From NCBI GenBank assembly GCA_963976765.1, contig CAXBME010000005.1, forward strand, positions 124,001 to 188,000: a DNA stretch of 64,000 bases. Direction: 5' to 3'. The notes under the pieces were generated by a model that was not told the DNA's origin, ran no database searches, and saw nothing but the letters and a program-made list of their open reading frames with translations. The translations under genes and the position numbers were made by a program. Below are positions 50,701-59,500 of this stretch, piece by piece. The DNA comes from an uncultured Planctomycetaceae bacterium (GTDB lineage: Bacteria; Planctomycetota; Planctomycetia; Planctomycetales; Planctomycetaceae). Positions within the stretch are counted from its first letter, which is position 1. Every line of letters begins with the position of its first letter.

Positions 50701-53700
50701 AAGACAACCAGTCGCTAACTGACCAGGCGACGATCACCATCAACGTCACCGACGTCAAGCCTGTAGTTGACGACCAGAATTTCAACGTTTTCGAGAGCCA
50801 GGCGAACGGTTCTGCAGTCGGAACCGTGATGCTCGAACCTGGCGACTTGAATTCCGTTGTCTTCAGTATTGTGGACGGTAATACCGGCGGAGCATTTGCG
50901 ATTGACAGTTTCAGCGGCCTGATTTCAGTTGCTGATACCGATGCAATCATTTTTGGCGGCCCGCCATTCCTGTTGACAATCGAAGTAACGGACGACGGTA
51001 ATGAAACGTTTGATTCAGGTACGATCACTATCAACGTTCTCGATGCGCCGCCAGCCGGTGCCGTATTCGACGATGCCATAGACAGCGGTGGCGGAATACT
51101 TGTCGGTCCTTTCGCTTCATTGGACAACGGACCGGGTGATGGCAGCGTCTCTATTTCCTCCGTTGATGCCTACGGTCAGTTTTTCAGTGCTGTATATGAC
51201 CCGATCGACGACAATCCGGCAGAAACGACTTTCGATTCAGAAGTCTATTTTCGATTCGGGAACTCCGGGACAAGACAGTCTCTGATTGTGGCATCGGGAG
51301 ATAGCGGTTCGTCAATTCGCAGCTTGAACAACGAGGCTAACAGTTCGTTCAATATCGGCGACCTTACGTTTGTACTGACTCAGACCCTGGAGCCTGTGTT
51401 TGACGAGTTCGGCAGTCAAAGCGGGACGCTGCTGACTCAGACGTACCGGATCATGAACACCGGTGCGTCGTCTCAGGCATTCGAACTCGTTCGGTATCTT
51501 GACGGCGATCTGGAGTTTGATGGTTCAATTGAAGAAGGCGGAGGACGCCTGCAACTGCCCACGGGCGAAGATTTGCTGTTCGAAACTGACCTGGGGACGA
51601 GTCCGGAAACTTCGACAAAGTTTCTGGGTATCACAGGATTCGGCGGAACTGTCCCTGAAGTGGGACGCTTCCAGATTGAAGAGTTCTCCGTATTGCAATC
51701 CGCTATTGTTAATGGCGATTCTTTGACGGACGACCTGTCAAACTTCGGAAACGCGGTCGATGGTAACGGTGACCAGTTTGTGGACGAGGGGTTGGAATTC
51801 GATCTGTCCCTGTCGTTGGCCAATTTGTTTGTGCTGGGCGCCTCTCAGTCTGCCACCTACACAACTCATACGCTCTTTGGGTCTGACTCACCGGCAAACG
51901 CGACAGGAAATACCGCTCCCACAATCGACACGCAGTCATTCAGCATTGATGAGAATTCGGCTGCTGAGACCTTTGTCGGAACAGTGCTGGCCGACGATCT
52001 GGAAACGCCCTCGAATCTGACGTTTGCCATCACGGGCGGCGATCCAGGTGGACTCTTTTCGATCGACTCTTCCACAGGTGATATTGTGGTGGCGAACTCT
52101 GGATTGGATCACGAAACTAATCCGTCGTTCGACCTGACGGTGCAAGTGACCGACCCTGGTTCGCTTAGCGCTTTTACGACTGTCACGATTAATATTGGTG
52201 ACCTCAACGAACCGCCAATACTCGACGCTATTGGCAACCGGACAGCCATCGTTGATGAGGAACTTTCTTTCACAGCGACAGCTACCGATCCGGATTCGCC
52301 ACCAGCCACGTTGACATTCAGTCTGGGAGCAGGGGCGCCGGCAGGAGCAAGTATTACCACTGCCGGGAACTTCACTTTCACTCCAACGTCCGCTCAGGAT
52401 GGTTTGACGTTTCCAGTTACGATCATCGTGACGGAAAACAACGATGGAGCATTGACAGCGTCGGAGACGATCACAATTTCAGTCAGCAGCGTTGCATTGG
52501 ACTTTGGCGACGCTCCGGACAGTTACAAGACAAGTCTGGCAAGTGATGGACCCCGCCACGTCATTGGATCACTGTTCCTTGGCTCTGCTGTCGACGCAGA
52601 AGTGAATGGTCAGCCTGATCCAGCAGCATTGGGTGATGACAACAACAGCACGGGCCAGGGCGCTTTCGTTGACGACGAAGGGGGCATTACTTTTCTGTCA
52701 GCATTGAGTGTCGGGACAACCCGTGAGCTCCGAGTCAATGCTTCGCAGGCTGGGTTCCTTGACGCATGGATTGACTTCGACCGGAGCGGTACTTTTACCG
52801 CTGGAGAAAATCTAAGTGCATTTTCACACCTCGTTACCGAGGGGGGAAGCTCCGGTGGTACGGGCGGCGGAGCCTCATCGGGTTCTTTCACCATTGGTAC
52901 AGGCATCAGCATTCCTGCCGGATTCAGCACGGTCAGCTTTAACATTCCGAACACCGCTCTTCCCGGACCGACGTTCGCCAGGTTCCGACTCAGCAGTACC
53001 GGCGGTTTGTCGCCGACTGGTCTGGCCGGCGACGGCGAGGTTGAAGATTACCTTGTCAACATCGCAGCTCCCCCAGCTGGAAACTCAAACTCAATCGAAG
53101 CCGCGCTTGGTATCGCCGTTGACGGATTTTTCGGAGCATTCCCGGACGAGCTGAACGATCCCGACCCAACAATCACGGGCAACGAATTACCTCTGGCTGT
53201 GCAGGCAGAGAATGGTGCACGAGCAGAACGCCGGAACGGTGCTCCGCCGTTGAATCAGACCGACCCGAAACTCCGGATCGTCATCCAGGCCATCAATGAT
53301 GCAGTTGCCCGGCTCGAGCAGAATCGCGGCGCAAATGAAAATATTCTTGTTCTGGCAACTCATCCGGTCGACTTTCTGCTGACCGATACACAAGGCCGAA
53401 CCGTCGGATTCACTCAAAGCAGGGGCACCGTCAACGAGATTGGTGCGAACGCCACCTTCAGCGGTGACGGCGTGGTCGAGCTGCTGACGATCCGCAACGC
53501 TGACCCTGGCGAGTACGGTCTTCAACTGGTCGGTGTCGGCGGTGTCTTCCGCGGTGGGGCGAGTCTGATCACCCCTGCCGGTACACAGCGGATCACTTTT
53601 CAGGGAAGCCTCGTTCAGGACGACAATGTCCAACTGGCGCTGACGTACCAGGAAGGTCTGGCGAGTTTCCCAACGCGGACTGATCTGGATCTGGTCAACT

Positions 53701-54440
53701 TTTCGGAGATCGCCGACCTGGTTGCTCAGATTCCAACAGCTAGAGATAACGCCAGGACACTGGCTGCAGGAGCGACCGAAGCACTGGCAAGTATCGCCCT
53801 GGACCGACTCGACGCTTCGCTGTTCAGCAAGAAAGACATGGACGAAGCAGCGTTGCAGGCACTGCTGGAGCGAATCAGCGCAGCTCGCAAGAAACTGCTC
53901 GATGCCATCGAAACGTCGCTGGACGACGACGAACTGGAGAAACTGAAACTCGTCTTTGGTGACGATGCAGAAGATGCCGACAACGTCGAAAAGCTCGCCC
54001 GAGTCCTGCTGGAAACCCTGAGCGGTCCACTGATTTCTGCGCCGCGTCAGGTGAAAGATCTTTCGAGCACGCTTCAACAACTGCTCGACCAACTGCAGGA
54101 GCAACGAAAAAATCAGCAGAATCAACAGGACAACCAGCAGCCTGCAAAAGCAGCAGAACCCAAAGGAGCCACGAAGCAGGACGCTGAGGACAAGCGAACC
54201 AGCCAGCGCACACGCACGAAGCCGTCGGCACCGTTCCTCCCCACATCCTTCGTCGTCAGCACTGAAGACGTCGCAGCGCGACGACGAACCACTCCGACAT
54301 CTGAAAAAACAGAAGCCGAGGCACCGGGACTCGTCGGGAAACAGCGGCTGTTAGGCCAGGAGTCACATCAGCAGAATCAGCCAACTGATTCGTCCGAACA
54401 GGCAGGTTCTGAAGGCGGCTCAGTAAAGATCAACGAGTAA
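44787..54440 (+). CDS. Giant secreted adhesin-like protein (LEPRxLL, CSLREA, choice-of-anchor Q, RTX, nidogen-like, lactonase-type propeller, cadherin, GEVED)
   Basis: 3217 aa: ERLEARTLL; TSLRAAIMEAN; LADNGGPTQT..SPAIDAG..DQRG..DIGAFE; GGAGDD repeats; repeated SPDGR.VYV; cadherin LDFE/LDHE; DFGDAP...AWIDF...ARFRLS...GEVEDY. Confidence 0.9.
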   Translation: MRLSPWLAPLTDSRSRLADKVIRRKVTRRRKFNQLSQMTERLEARTLLTSFTVDSFFDTVDDNPGDTVAADATGRTSLRAAIMEANASAGSDTITLGGGVFNLSIEGTDEDAAFTGDLDITDNLTIQGQSAQTTIIDARTVDRIFDVMPGITLQLFNVTITGGNLAGRGDGGGIRVDSGMLQLNNVVVTGNRASNGGGLHNNQGLVFVTNSTFAENRAEGNFGFAEGGAISSFGGNMTIQQSTINDNFAQAVGGGVSANADTVGGSLSIESSTIAYNHAGEMQGSTGEGGGIYIQTNVNATLLASTVAYNFAGNQGAGIWTDGSLTMERTLVSDNFGTPDDGPEGFISGGTVTSNGFNLVREDTDFNFTPATGDLIGTFASPVDPNLLGLADNGGPTQTIALGGMSPAIDAGPSFASPLFSDQRGFARERDGDRNGSVITDIGAFEVQSPFDVFVDDIGGGAISGGFAGDFQVIMDGDGLTGGGGGTPNGILDFGDIVTFNPGSQPVSNLEFGVRAFGTINEALAAIRFDSDFLTEVVLGPGIYAENLTLDFSGLTLRGHTGIAADVVIDGGGAATAISVVEDAVSLDSLRVTNATTGIDVAPFSSAQFFDAQNIQVDGTTNGLMVLDSIGFMDVSIENSVFTGNTGDGVNITNVGMAMLKNVSSTFNGQDGVEIIGSTIVALDTVTVDQNSGRGLVVDGADSIAVMNPRTSASANGNVFSNSSTILFNGVTGPVSNSTTITATEIKFDAGAGAVQEDINLTNVVSLFVTGDEGNDTLTVDYSTGSPSPGRQLFLDGGAGRDAIHSIADTNHRVTEARLTIGGIDEVAITSFEQASLTGGAGNNNLDAREFFGQTTLSGLAGNDTLRGSAGDDVLDGGAGDDILGTGPTHEQYIVGGTTFENLNLSDSDTGVMTILDETDTETATILLDSDFFRFNDVSYAGNVLFVTPSGAISFGGPILPQDNFDLNKAPEANIGILAPLFDDWVTGLTSPPGLTLPDAKVLYKFEDTNADFINDRLIIEWNEVYHRDQIDTSSTPFLKAGASPVTFQLILELNTFGRDGDIIFNYVDLDTGVPFSAIANGASATVGGKDAGDNPNTIEQVSFNSLNTLIGGGQAIVARSGESDGDDILIGGNGDDTLYSSSGLDLVDGGAGANDRLIFDGLKSEQPSDHAINNAAVDSTIFSGQGRSFDFKTSYSNIEALNVGFGPADQNVLVELSGLPAEVSLDTRGPSASDKVTINGTAGNDALTLSGETLTDGTTTLNLAGIEELTLEISSGGADTISVDQDFTGSARTVVVSGDSADDTVSLQSTTKPQQVNIFSVEGYMTQIQEVLGGNLNLEEILSDGGDDGSENTITNQQAPDQVIVSPDGTRVYVAASESDSLVVYNRDRVTGDLTFVESLVNLDTDFLSNPISGLDGASNVIVSADGRYVYVASEMDQTIAFFVRHEGDNQLTFLSSTVLDNAGNPVSIPLPSDMAFTPDGSVLLVTSEAGNRVDVFEVSLNGDLTFQASLVDGGQDSGRSTIDGIAGASSVAISSDGRSMYVTGAVDNAIAVFSSPGEGPNMTGFGLPLFVQKLANGDMDGALNLVSGLGGASSVEISPDGRHVYVTGESDNSIVVFSRDSNTGQLTFVEELVDLGLDSMSNTVENLSAPVSVSVSPDGTIVYVAASDSNAVTVFARDIFTGMLTFLETLADGDSDGAGTTVAGVNGASSVFASVDGQHVYVSGTGDDAIVRFNVPRLLDVSTDGFASLSVATSESDDMISLSLDGQPATVTIDAGGDGNDNDSVTIQGTSADDTVNVNGETVTSGSTTLSITGTENLSLFLGDGDDLVNVTASASGPESFFVDGGDQTGSDVLNIDAQTAQVADIDSSLSFSDGQQSVSFSDFETLAITNAAPTINDDTFAIAENSPVSTSVGTPFASDPEFGESLVWRIVSGNAGDAFAINSSTGEITVNATLDFEIQGTYALIVEVEDNQSLTDQATITINVTDVKPVVDDQNFNVFESQANGSAVGTVMLEPGDLNSVVFSIVDGNTGGAFAIDSFSGLISVADTDAIIFGGPPFLLTIEVTDDGNETFDSGTITINVLDAPPAGAVFDDAIDSGGGILVGPFASLDNGPGDGSVSISSVDAYGQFFSAVYDPIDDNPAETTFDSEVYFRFGNSGTRQSLIVASGDSGSSIRSLNNEANSSFNIGDLTFVLTQTLEPVFDEFGSQSGTLLTQTYRIMNTGASSQAFELVRYLDGDLEFDGSIEEGGGRLQLPTGEDLLFETDLGTSPETSTKFLGITGFGGTVPEVGRFQIEEFSVLQSAIVNGDSLTDDLSNFGNAVDGNGDQFVDEGLEFDLSLSLANLFVLGASQSATYTTHTLFGSDSPANATGNTAPTIDTQSFSIDENSAAETFVGTVLADDLETPSNLTFAITGGDPGGLFSIDSSTGDIVVANSGLDHETNPSFDLTVQVTDPGSLSAFTTVTINIGDLNEPPILDAIGNRTAIVDEELSFTATATDPDSPPATLTFSLGAGAPAGASITTAGNFTFTPTSAQDGLTFPVTIIVTENNDGALTASETITISVSSVALDFGDAPDSYKTSLASDGPRHVIGSLFLGSAVDAEVNGQPDPAALGDDNNSTGQGAFVDDEGGITFLSALSVGTTRELRVNASQAGFLDAWIDFDRSGTFTAGENLSAFSHLVTEGGSSGGTGGGASSGSFTIGTGISIPAGFSTVSFNIPNTALPGPTFARFRLSSTGGLSPTGLAGDGEVEDYLVNIAAPPAGNSNSIEAALGIAVDGFFGAFPDELNDPDPTITGNELPLAVQAENGARAERRNGAPPLNQTDPKLRIVIQAINDAVARLEQNRGANENILVLATHPVDFLLTDTQGRTVGFTQSRGTVNEIGANATFSGDGVVELLTIRNADPGEYGLQLVGVGGVFRGGASLITPAGTQRITFQGSLVQDDNVQLALTYQEGLASFPTRTDLDLVNFSEIADLVAQIPTARDNARTLAAGATEALASIALDRLDASLFSKKDMDEAALQALLERISAARKKLLDAIETSLDDDELEKLKLVFGDDAEDADNVEKLARVLLETLSGPLISAPRQVKDLSSTLQQLLDQLQEQRKNQQNQQDNQQPAKAAEPKGATKQDAEDKRTSQRTRTKPSAPFLPTSFVVSTEDVAARRRTTPTSEKTEAEAPGLVGKQRLLGQESHQQNQPTDSSEQAGSEGGSVKINE

Positions 54441-56106
54441 TCAGATCGAAGCACGCAGCTTCTTCGCCGTTGCGGACAAACAAATAGCCGTTCCAAACAA
54501 CCGGGTGGTTCCACGACTTTCCTTCGATTGCCTGGAACCGCCCCAGCTCGGAGTGTTTTTCAGGTGTCGCCGCCACGAAGACGACTTCGCTGTTTTCTGC
54601 CTGAACGACCAGCACATCTCCGCAAAGCAGAATCTGTCCGTAACCGTAGCGGCCGCGTTTCCATTCTGAATTGCCAGTTTTCAGATCGATGCACGTCAGG
54701 ATGCCTTCGTCGAGCCCGTAGATGTAGTTGCCTTTCCGCACCGGAGCGTTGAACTTCAGTTTCAGCCGCTTGGATTCCCAGCCGGAACTGACTTTCCAGG
54801 CGTCACCTTCGTTTGAAAAACGAAGCAGCGCGCTACCGATGCTGTATCCGCAACTGATCATGATGGACGAGTCGTCGATCAGCGTCGGGATCGCCGCGTT
54901 GACCTTCGGATCGTTCTGCCATTGGAAGCTCCACAATTCTTTTCCCGATTCCAGATCGTGTCCGACGGGGCCGTTGCCTCCAAAAACGATGACCTGTTCT
55001 TTGCCGAGCAGTGTCGCCAGGACGGGAGCGGTGTACGAAGCAGGATAGTTTCCAGCCGCCCAGATTTGATCGCCGGTTTCTTTGTGATAGGCGATGGTAC
55101 TGTGGTTGTTCTGGCCGCCGGGGTTAACGATGACTTTCTCTCCGACGACAAGCGGAGATCCAGACATGGCCCAGTTCAGATTCTTTGCGCTGGCGTCTTC
55201 GAGGGTGTTTGTCGTCCAGACTTTTTCGCCTGTTAGAACTTTCAGGCAGTTAAGTTGCCCGGTCGCCCCCAGGGAATAGAGCAGTTGCCCGCGTACCGTC
55301 GGAGTTGCTCGCGGGCCGGGGCCGCCGAGTGCTTCTTCAAATCGAATGGCGTCTTCGTGAACCCAGATCTGATCACCAGTCGTCGCGTCGTAAGCGACAA
55401 CGCATTCCTGCTCGCCACGTTGCTCCTGCGTAAACAGGTAAGCTCTGTTTTGTGACGGCTCGTCCGGGGTCAGTGATGCAAGAACGGCATCGGCAACGGA
55501 AAATGATGACCAGCCCTCGCCCACCGGATGTCGCCACACCTCTTTCGGAGTCTTCGACCAGTCGATATCAGCGGGCAATTGACGGACCACTCCGTCGCGC
55601 GCCGGGCCGCGATACTCGGGCCACGGTTGCTCGCTGGCAATTACCCATTCCGCCGCAACCGATTCCTGCGGCTTCTGCGTCTTCATAAACCTGGCTAGTT
55701 GAGCTTCGTTTGTCGGCGCGGATCGCTTCTCAAAGCGAGGGATCATGTCGCCCTCGAAGCCGTCGAATCGGTACTGCGAATAAAACAGCAGCACGACTGA
55801 AGCGACCGCTCCCACTCCCAGAAATCTTGTCGTCCAGTCAATGCCGCTGAAAACGATCCACCAGATCAGCAGAAAGAAAGGTGTGCCGGTGACAATTGGC
55901 AACGAGTAAAAGACCTGATGAGTGCGGTCCTGCCCGATTACATTCCAGACAAGCAGCTCAGCTGTGATGCCCAGTAGCAGAATGCCCAACCCCCAGCCCC
56001 ACCGGAACCGGTAGTCTTTTGCCTGGCGAGCAGGTTGTGCGGTGACGTCATTCGTCGACTCGAAAAGCTGATCGACTCCGGCTTTGTCCGGAAACTCATC
56101 CGACAT
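54430..56106 (-). CDS. Membrane-anchored PQQ-binding-like (BamB-like) beta-propeller protein
   Basis: Three N-terminal TMs; WPEYRGPARDG, G.GWSS, GPRATP and repeated TG...W docking motifs. 3' end overlaps the adhesin gene by 11 nt. Confidence 0.88.
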   Translation of the reverse strand: MSDEFPDKAGVDQLFESTNDVTAQPARQAKDYRFRWGWGLGILLLGITAELLVWNVIGQDRTHQVFYSLPIVTGTPFFLLIWWIVFSGIDWTTRFLGVGAVASVVLLFYSQYRFDGFEGDMIPRFEKRSAPTNEAQLARFMKTQKPQESVAAEWVIASEQPWPEYRGPARDGVVRQLPADIDWSKTPKEVWRHPVGEGWSSFSVADAVLASLTPDEPSQNRAYLFTQEQRGEQECVVAYDATTGDQIWVHEDAIRFEEALGGPGPRATPTVRGQLLYSLGATGQLNCLKVLTGEKVWTTNTLEDASAKNLNWAMSGSPLVVGEKVIVNPGGQNNHSTIAYHKETGDQIWAAGNYPASYTAPVLATLLGKEQVIVFGGNGPVGHDLESGKELWSFQWQNDPKVNAAIPTLIDDSSIMISCGYSIGSALLRFSNEGDAWKVSSGWESKRLKLKFNAPVRKGNYIYGLDEGILTCIDLKTGNSEWKRGRYGYGQILLCGDVLVVQAENSEVVFVAATPEKHSELGRFQAIEGKSWNHPVVWNGYLFVRNGEEAACFDLITR

Positions 56107-56160
56107 GCTTCCACTCCGTTGCTGCAATCGTTGATTCAGGCATGCGGGTTGGCCGTTCGC

Positions 56161-56484
56161 CTACCGAAACAGATCAACGTACCACTTCATGATGCTCGAA
56201 AACGGTTCAACGTTGCTCTTTACCAGCAACACGACCGGAGCATAGATCACCTCAACCGCCTTCTGAAAGGCGCGGACTTTGAGAACGTTGTGGATTCCAG
56301 CGACCGGCCCCGCAGACAACAGATAAAACGTCAGAAACCCGCAGACGCACAACGCGGTCGCTGCGAATCTCTGTTGCCGAGTTGCCGAAACTTCCGAATC
56401 GGCGACAGCCAGAGCGTCAGTCAGCTGGGCCGGCTCGGCCTCAAGCAGGTTATCTGTCCCATCGGATTGACTGCTCGCACTCAT
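56161..56484 (-). CDS. Small hypothetical membrane protein
   Basis: Y.LSAGP...IYAP...WY motif pattern; co-oriented between the two propeller genes. Confidence 0.65.
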   Translation of the reverse strand: MSASSQSDGTDNLLEAEPAQLTDALAVADSEVSATRQQRFAATALCVCGFLTFYLLSAGPVAGIHNVLKVRAFQKAVEVIYAPVVLLVKSNVEPFSSIMKWYVDLFR

Positions 56485-56548
56485 AGTTACTCTCGACACC
56501 GATGGTGAAAAACCGGAAGTCCAGTCAATCTGCAGAACGCCTGGAACT

Positions 56549-59500
56549 TTACTTACTGCTGGCAACTTCGTTTTTCTGCAACACTTCGATCGCGTTCAGG
56601 ACGACGCGAGCTTTGGCGTCGTCGGAGACTTTGGCGATGAGTTTCATTGTGAGGTCGCGTTCGACGTCGATTCCGGAAATCTCTTTCACCTGGGCGACGG
56701 GTTCGGCACCTCGTTCACGGCTGACTTCGACGTCGCTGAGGACGACTTTCCCGTTGATCTCGACGTCGAATCTTGCCGTGCCTTCACGAAGCTGAGCAAA
56801 GTGGAGCTTCAGGTCGTAGGTTGCCGGGCGGTCTTTCTCACCTAAAAGTGGCAGCGTCATTTCACTCAGACCACTGGCCCATGAGGTGTAGAGCCACGGC
56901 GTCGCTGCGCCAGTCACTGGCTGAGCGGCGGCGTTGACACTGGTGAAGCCTCCGGCGGTGAATTTTGGCTTCAGGTCGAAGGCCAGGTCCAGGCTGGTTG
57001 TCTTGTGAGGGTTCGGCCTGGGATAGGCGAGCCACAAGGTTCCGTCGTTGGCTCGGCGATCGCCGGGGGCGCCGAGATTCAGCGACATCTTTTTAACCGG
57101 AGTCTGAGCGCCGGTCGCGCTGATGATTGTCCACGGTCGGCGAGCCTGTCGCGGTTCGAGCACGATGGTCGAAGCGATCGAAAACTGGCAGACGCAGCCG
57201 GCGCTGGCTTCAGGAATCATGACCAGACCGTTGGCCGGAATCGCGTTGATCCAGCAACCAAGGCGGTGGCCGGCAAAGTGGCGAGTCCCTTCATCATTGT
57301 CGAGGTTGTAAAAGCCGGTGTAGCCCGAGCGGAACATCAGCATGCTGTCGCAACCGGTTAACATGCCGCAGTGATGACCGGGGCGGATCATGCTCCACGG
57401 AACTTCCTGGCCGGTAAGTGGATGAATTTTCGTGTGCTGCTCGCCCGTCGTCAGCTCGAACGACCAGGGTTCAGCAATGACTCGGTTACCGACAACGATT
57501 GGACGATGTCGATAGTTCGCGTCCTTCTTCCACATTGTGTAGCCGGCTTCGGCGGAGAGGGCCACCAGTCGACGGCGTTTGAATTCTCCGGCGATAAACT
57601 GGTTCCAGTAGTGGCCGTTGGCGTTCGCACCGCAGAGAACCAGGACGCCGTCCTGGTACATCATCGTCAACTGGCCACCACCGATGCCGATTTCACTGCA
57701 GTCAGTCACGTCGACTCCGACAGCCCAGATTTTTTTTCCGTTTTCGGCGTCGACCGCAACGGCGGTACGAGCATCCAGTTTCTTCATCCGGTCTTCGGCA
57801 ATCTTCAACGCTTCGCCGGTCAGCCCTTCGAGTTCCGATTTGTCTTCGCGCAGGATTCGCTCGCGTTCGGCGCTGGTGATCGTGCTGTCGATGAAGAAAA
57901 CTTCGTCGTCACTCAAAGCGATGGTGCGATGGGAAATGCTGCCGCCGGTGTAAGTCCAGAGGTGCCTTCCGGTTTTGACATCGATTGCGAAAATGCCGTC
58001 GGTTGACTCGGTCGTCTTGCGACCTCGGCGGCGGTATTGCGCTTCGACGTCGGCTCGAACGGTCGCCGTGCCGATCAGGCGTCCGTTGTTGTACGCAACG
58101 TAGCCCCACTCACGAGTGTCGTTGTCCATGTCTGGTGGCAGACGGTGCACGGCGACAACCTTCCCGGTGGCCGCGTCGAGCTGGAAGCATTCGTCCTTGA
58201 GGAAATGAAACAGGTGATCGTCGCTGGTGGCGAGGTTGCCGGGGTTCTGATTCTGAAACACACCCGTTCGGATGGCTTCTTCGTTTTCGTATTTCCAGAG
58301 AAAGAGACCGTTGTAAGCGTCGAAAGCGGAAATCGTCGCTTCACCCTGCACGAAGAGCCGACCGTTGACGGACAGCGGCCCGACGGCCCCTTCATGACGG
58401 TTGACCATGTCTCCGGGGCCTGGGTCGCCGAACCAGAGAACTCCCAGGTCGCCCTTCACGCGTTTCTCGTCGATGACCGCTGTGTTACCGACGTTGCCGT
58501 ACTGGTGTGACCAGTTGCCAGCTCCGGGAAGAGGTCCGCGTTTCAGCGAAACCCAGCCGTCTTCGAGTGAAAGCTGGTGCTCTTCTGCTTCGAATGGGCC
58601 ATCCAGCAATCGAGTGATGTCGCCTTGCGTAACATCGTGACTTGTTTTCGGCGTTCCCAGCATGACGACACCACCGAGCGGTTTGAGGTGTCGCATCACT
58701 CCTTCGGCGTTCGTGGGGAGCTTGCCCGTTCGGACGTACGTGTCAGAGACGATCAGGTTGGCAAAGTAGTTCGAGTACGGAATCGCTGAAAATTCAGCCT
58801 GATGCACCGTCACTCGGCTTCCATAAAGGCCAGCCGCGTTCAGCAGTTCGCGAGACTGGCGAACTTTCTCAGCGTTGGGCTCGATGCAGTAAATACTGAG
58901 TTCCGTCCGCCTGGCCAGTTCGTAAGCGAGATGTCCGTCCTCGCTGCTGGCGACCAGGCAGAAGCCTCGTGTGATGCCGGTCTTTTTGACGATCTGCTTG
59001 GCCGCGCCGCTGATCAGCTTTGCTTCGTCGTTTTCGGCGTACGGGTTCGGGTACTTCTTCGCTTCGGCGAGTGGGGTTTCTTTCAGCTCGCCTGGACCAA
59101 AGCAGAAGACCTGACCAGTCGTTGTGCTGACGAGCAGGTTTCCATTTGCGAAGACCAGGCCGCGAGCTTCGCCGTCGACAGACAACTTCAATGTTTCGTT
59201 TCCGGACTCACGGTCGTAGCCGAAGACTTCGCCGTTTCCACCGGAGATGATCGAGTCGCCGGTCATCAGAAGTGCCGCGTCGTGCTCGTTCGGTTTCTGC
59301 CAGATGACGCCCACCGCCGCCAGCTCTTTCTGCTCGGCCTGAAGCTTCTTTATTTTTTCGCGAATCTCGTCGGCCTTGTCGCCTTTTGCGCTGCGGAGTG
59401 ATCTCGACAGGCTGTAGAGATCCATTTCGATCTTGTGAGTTCGGCGGCTGTTCACCGCGTATTTCATGCGGTCGATTCGCGCGATGGCCGTGCCTGTCGC

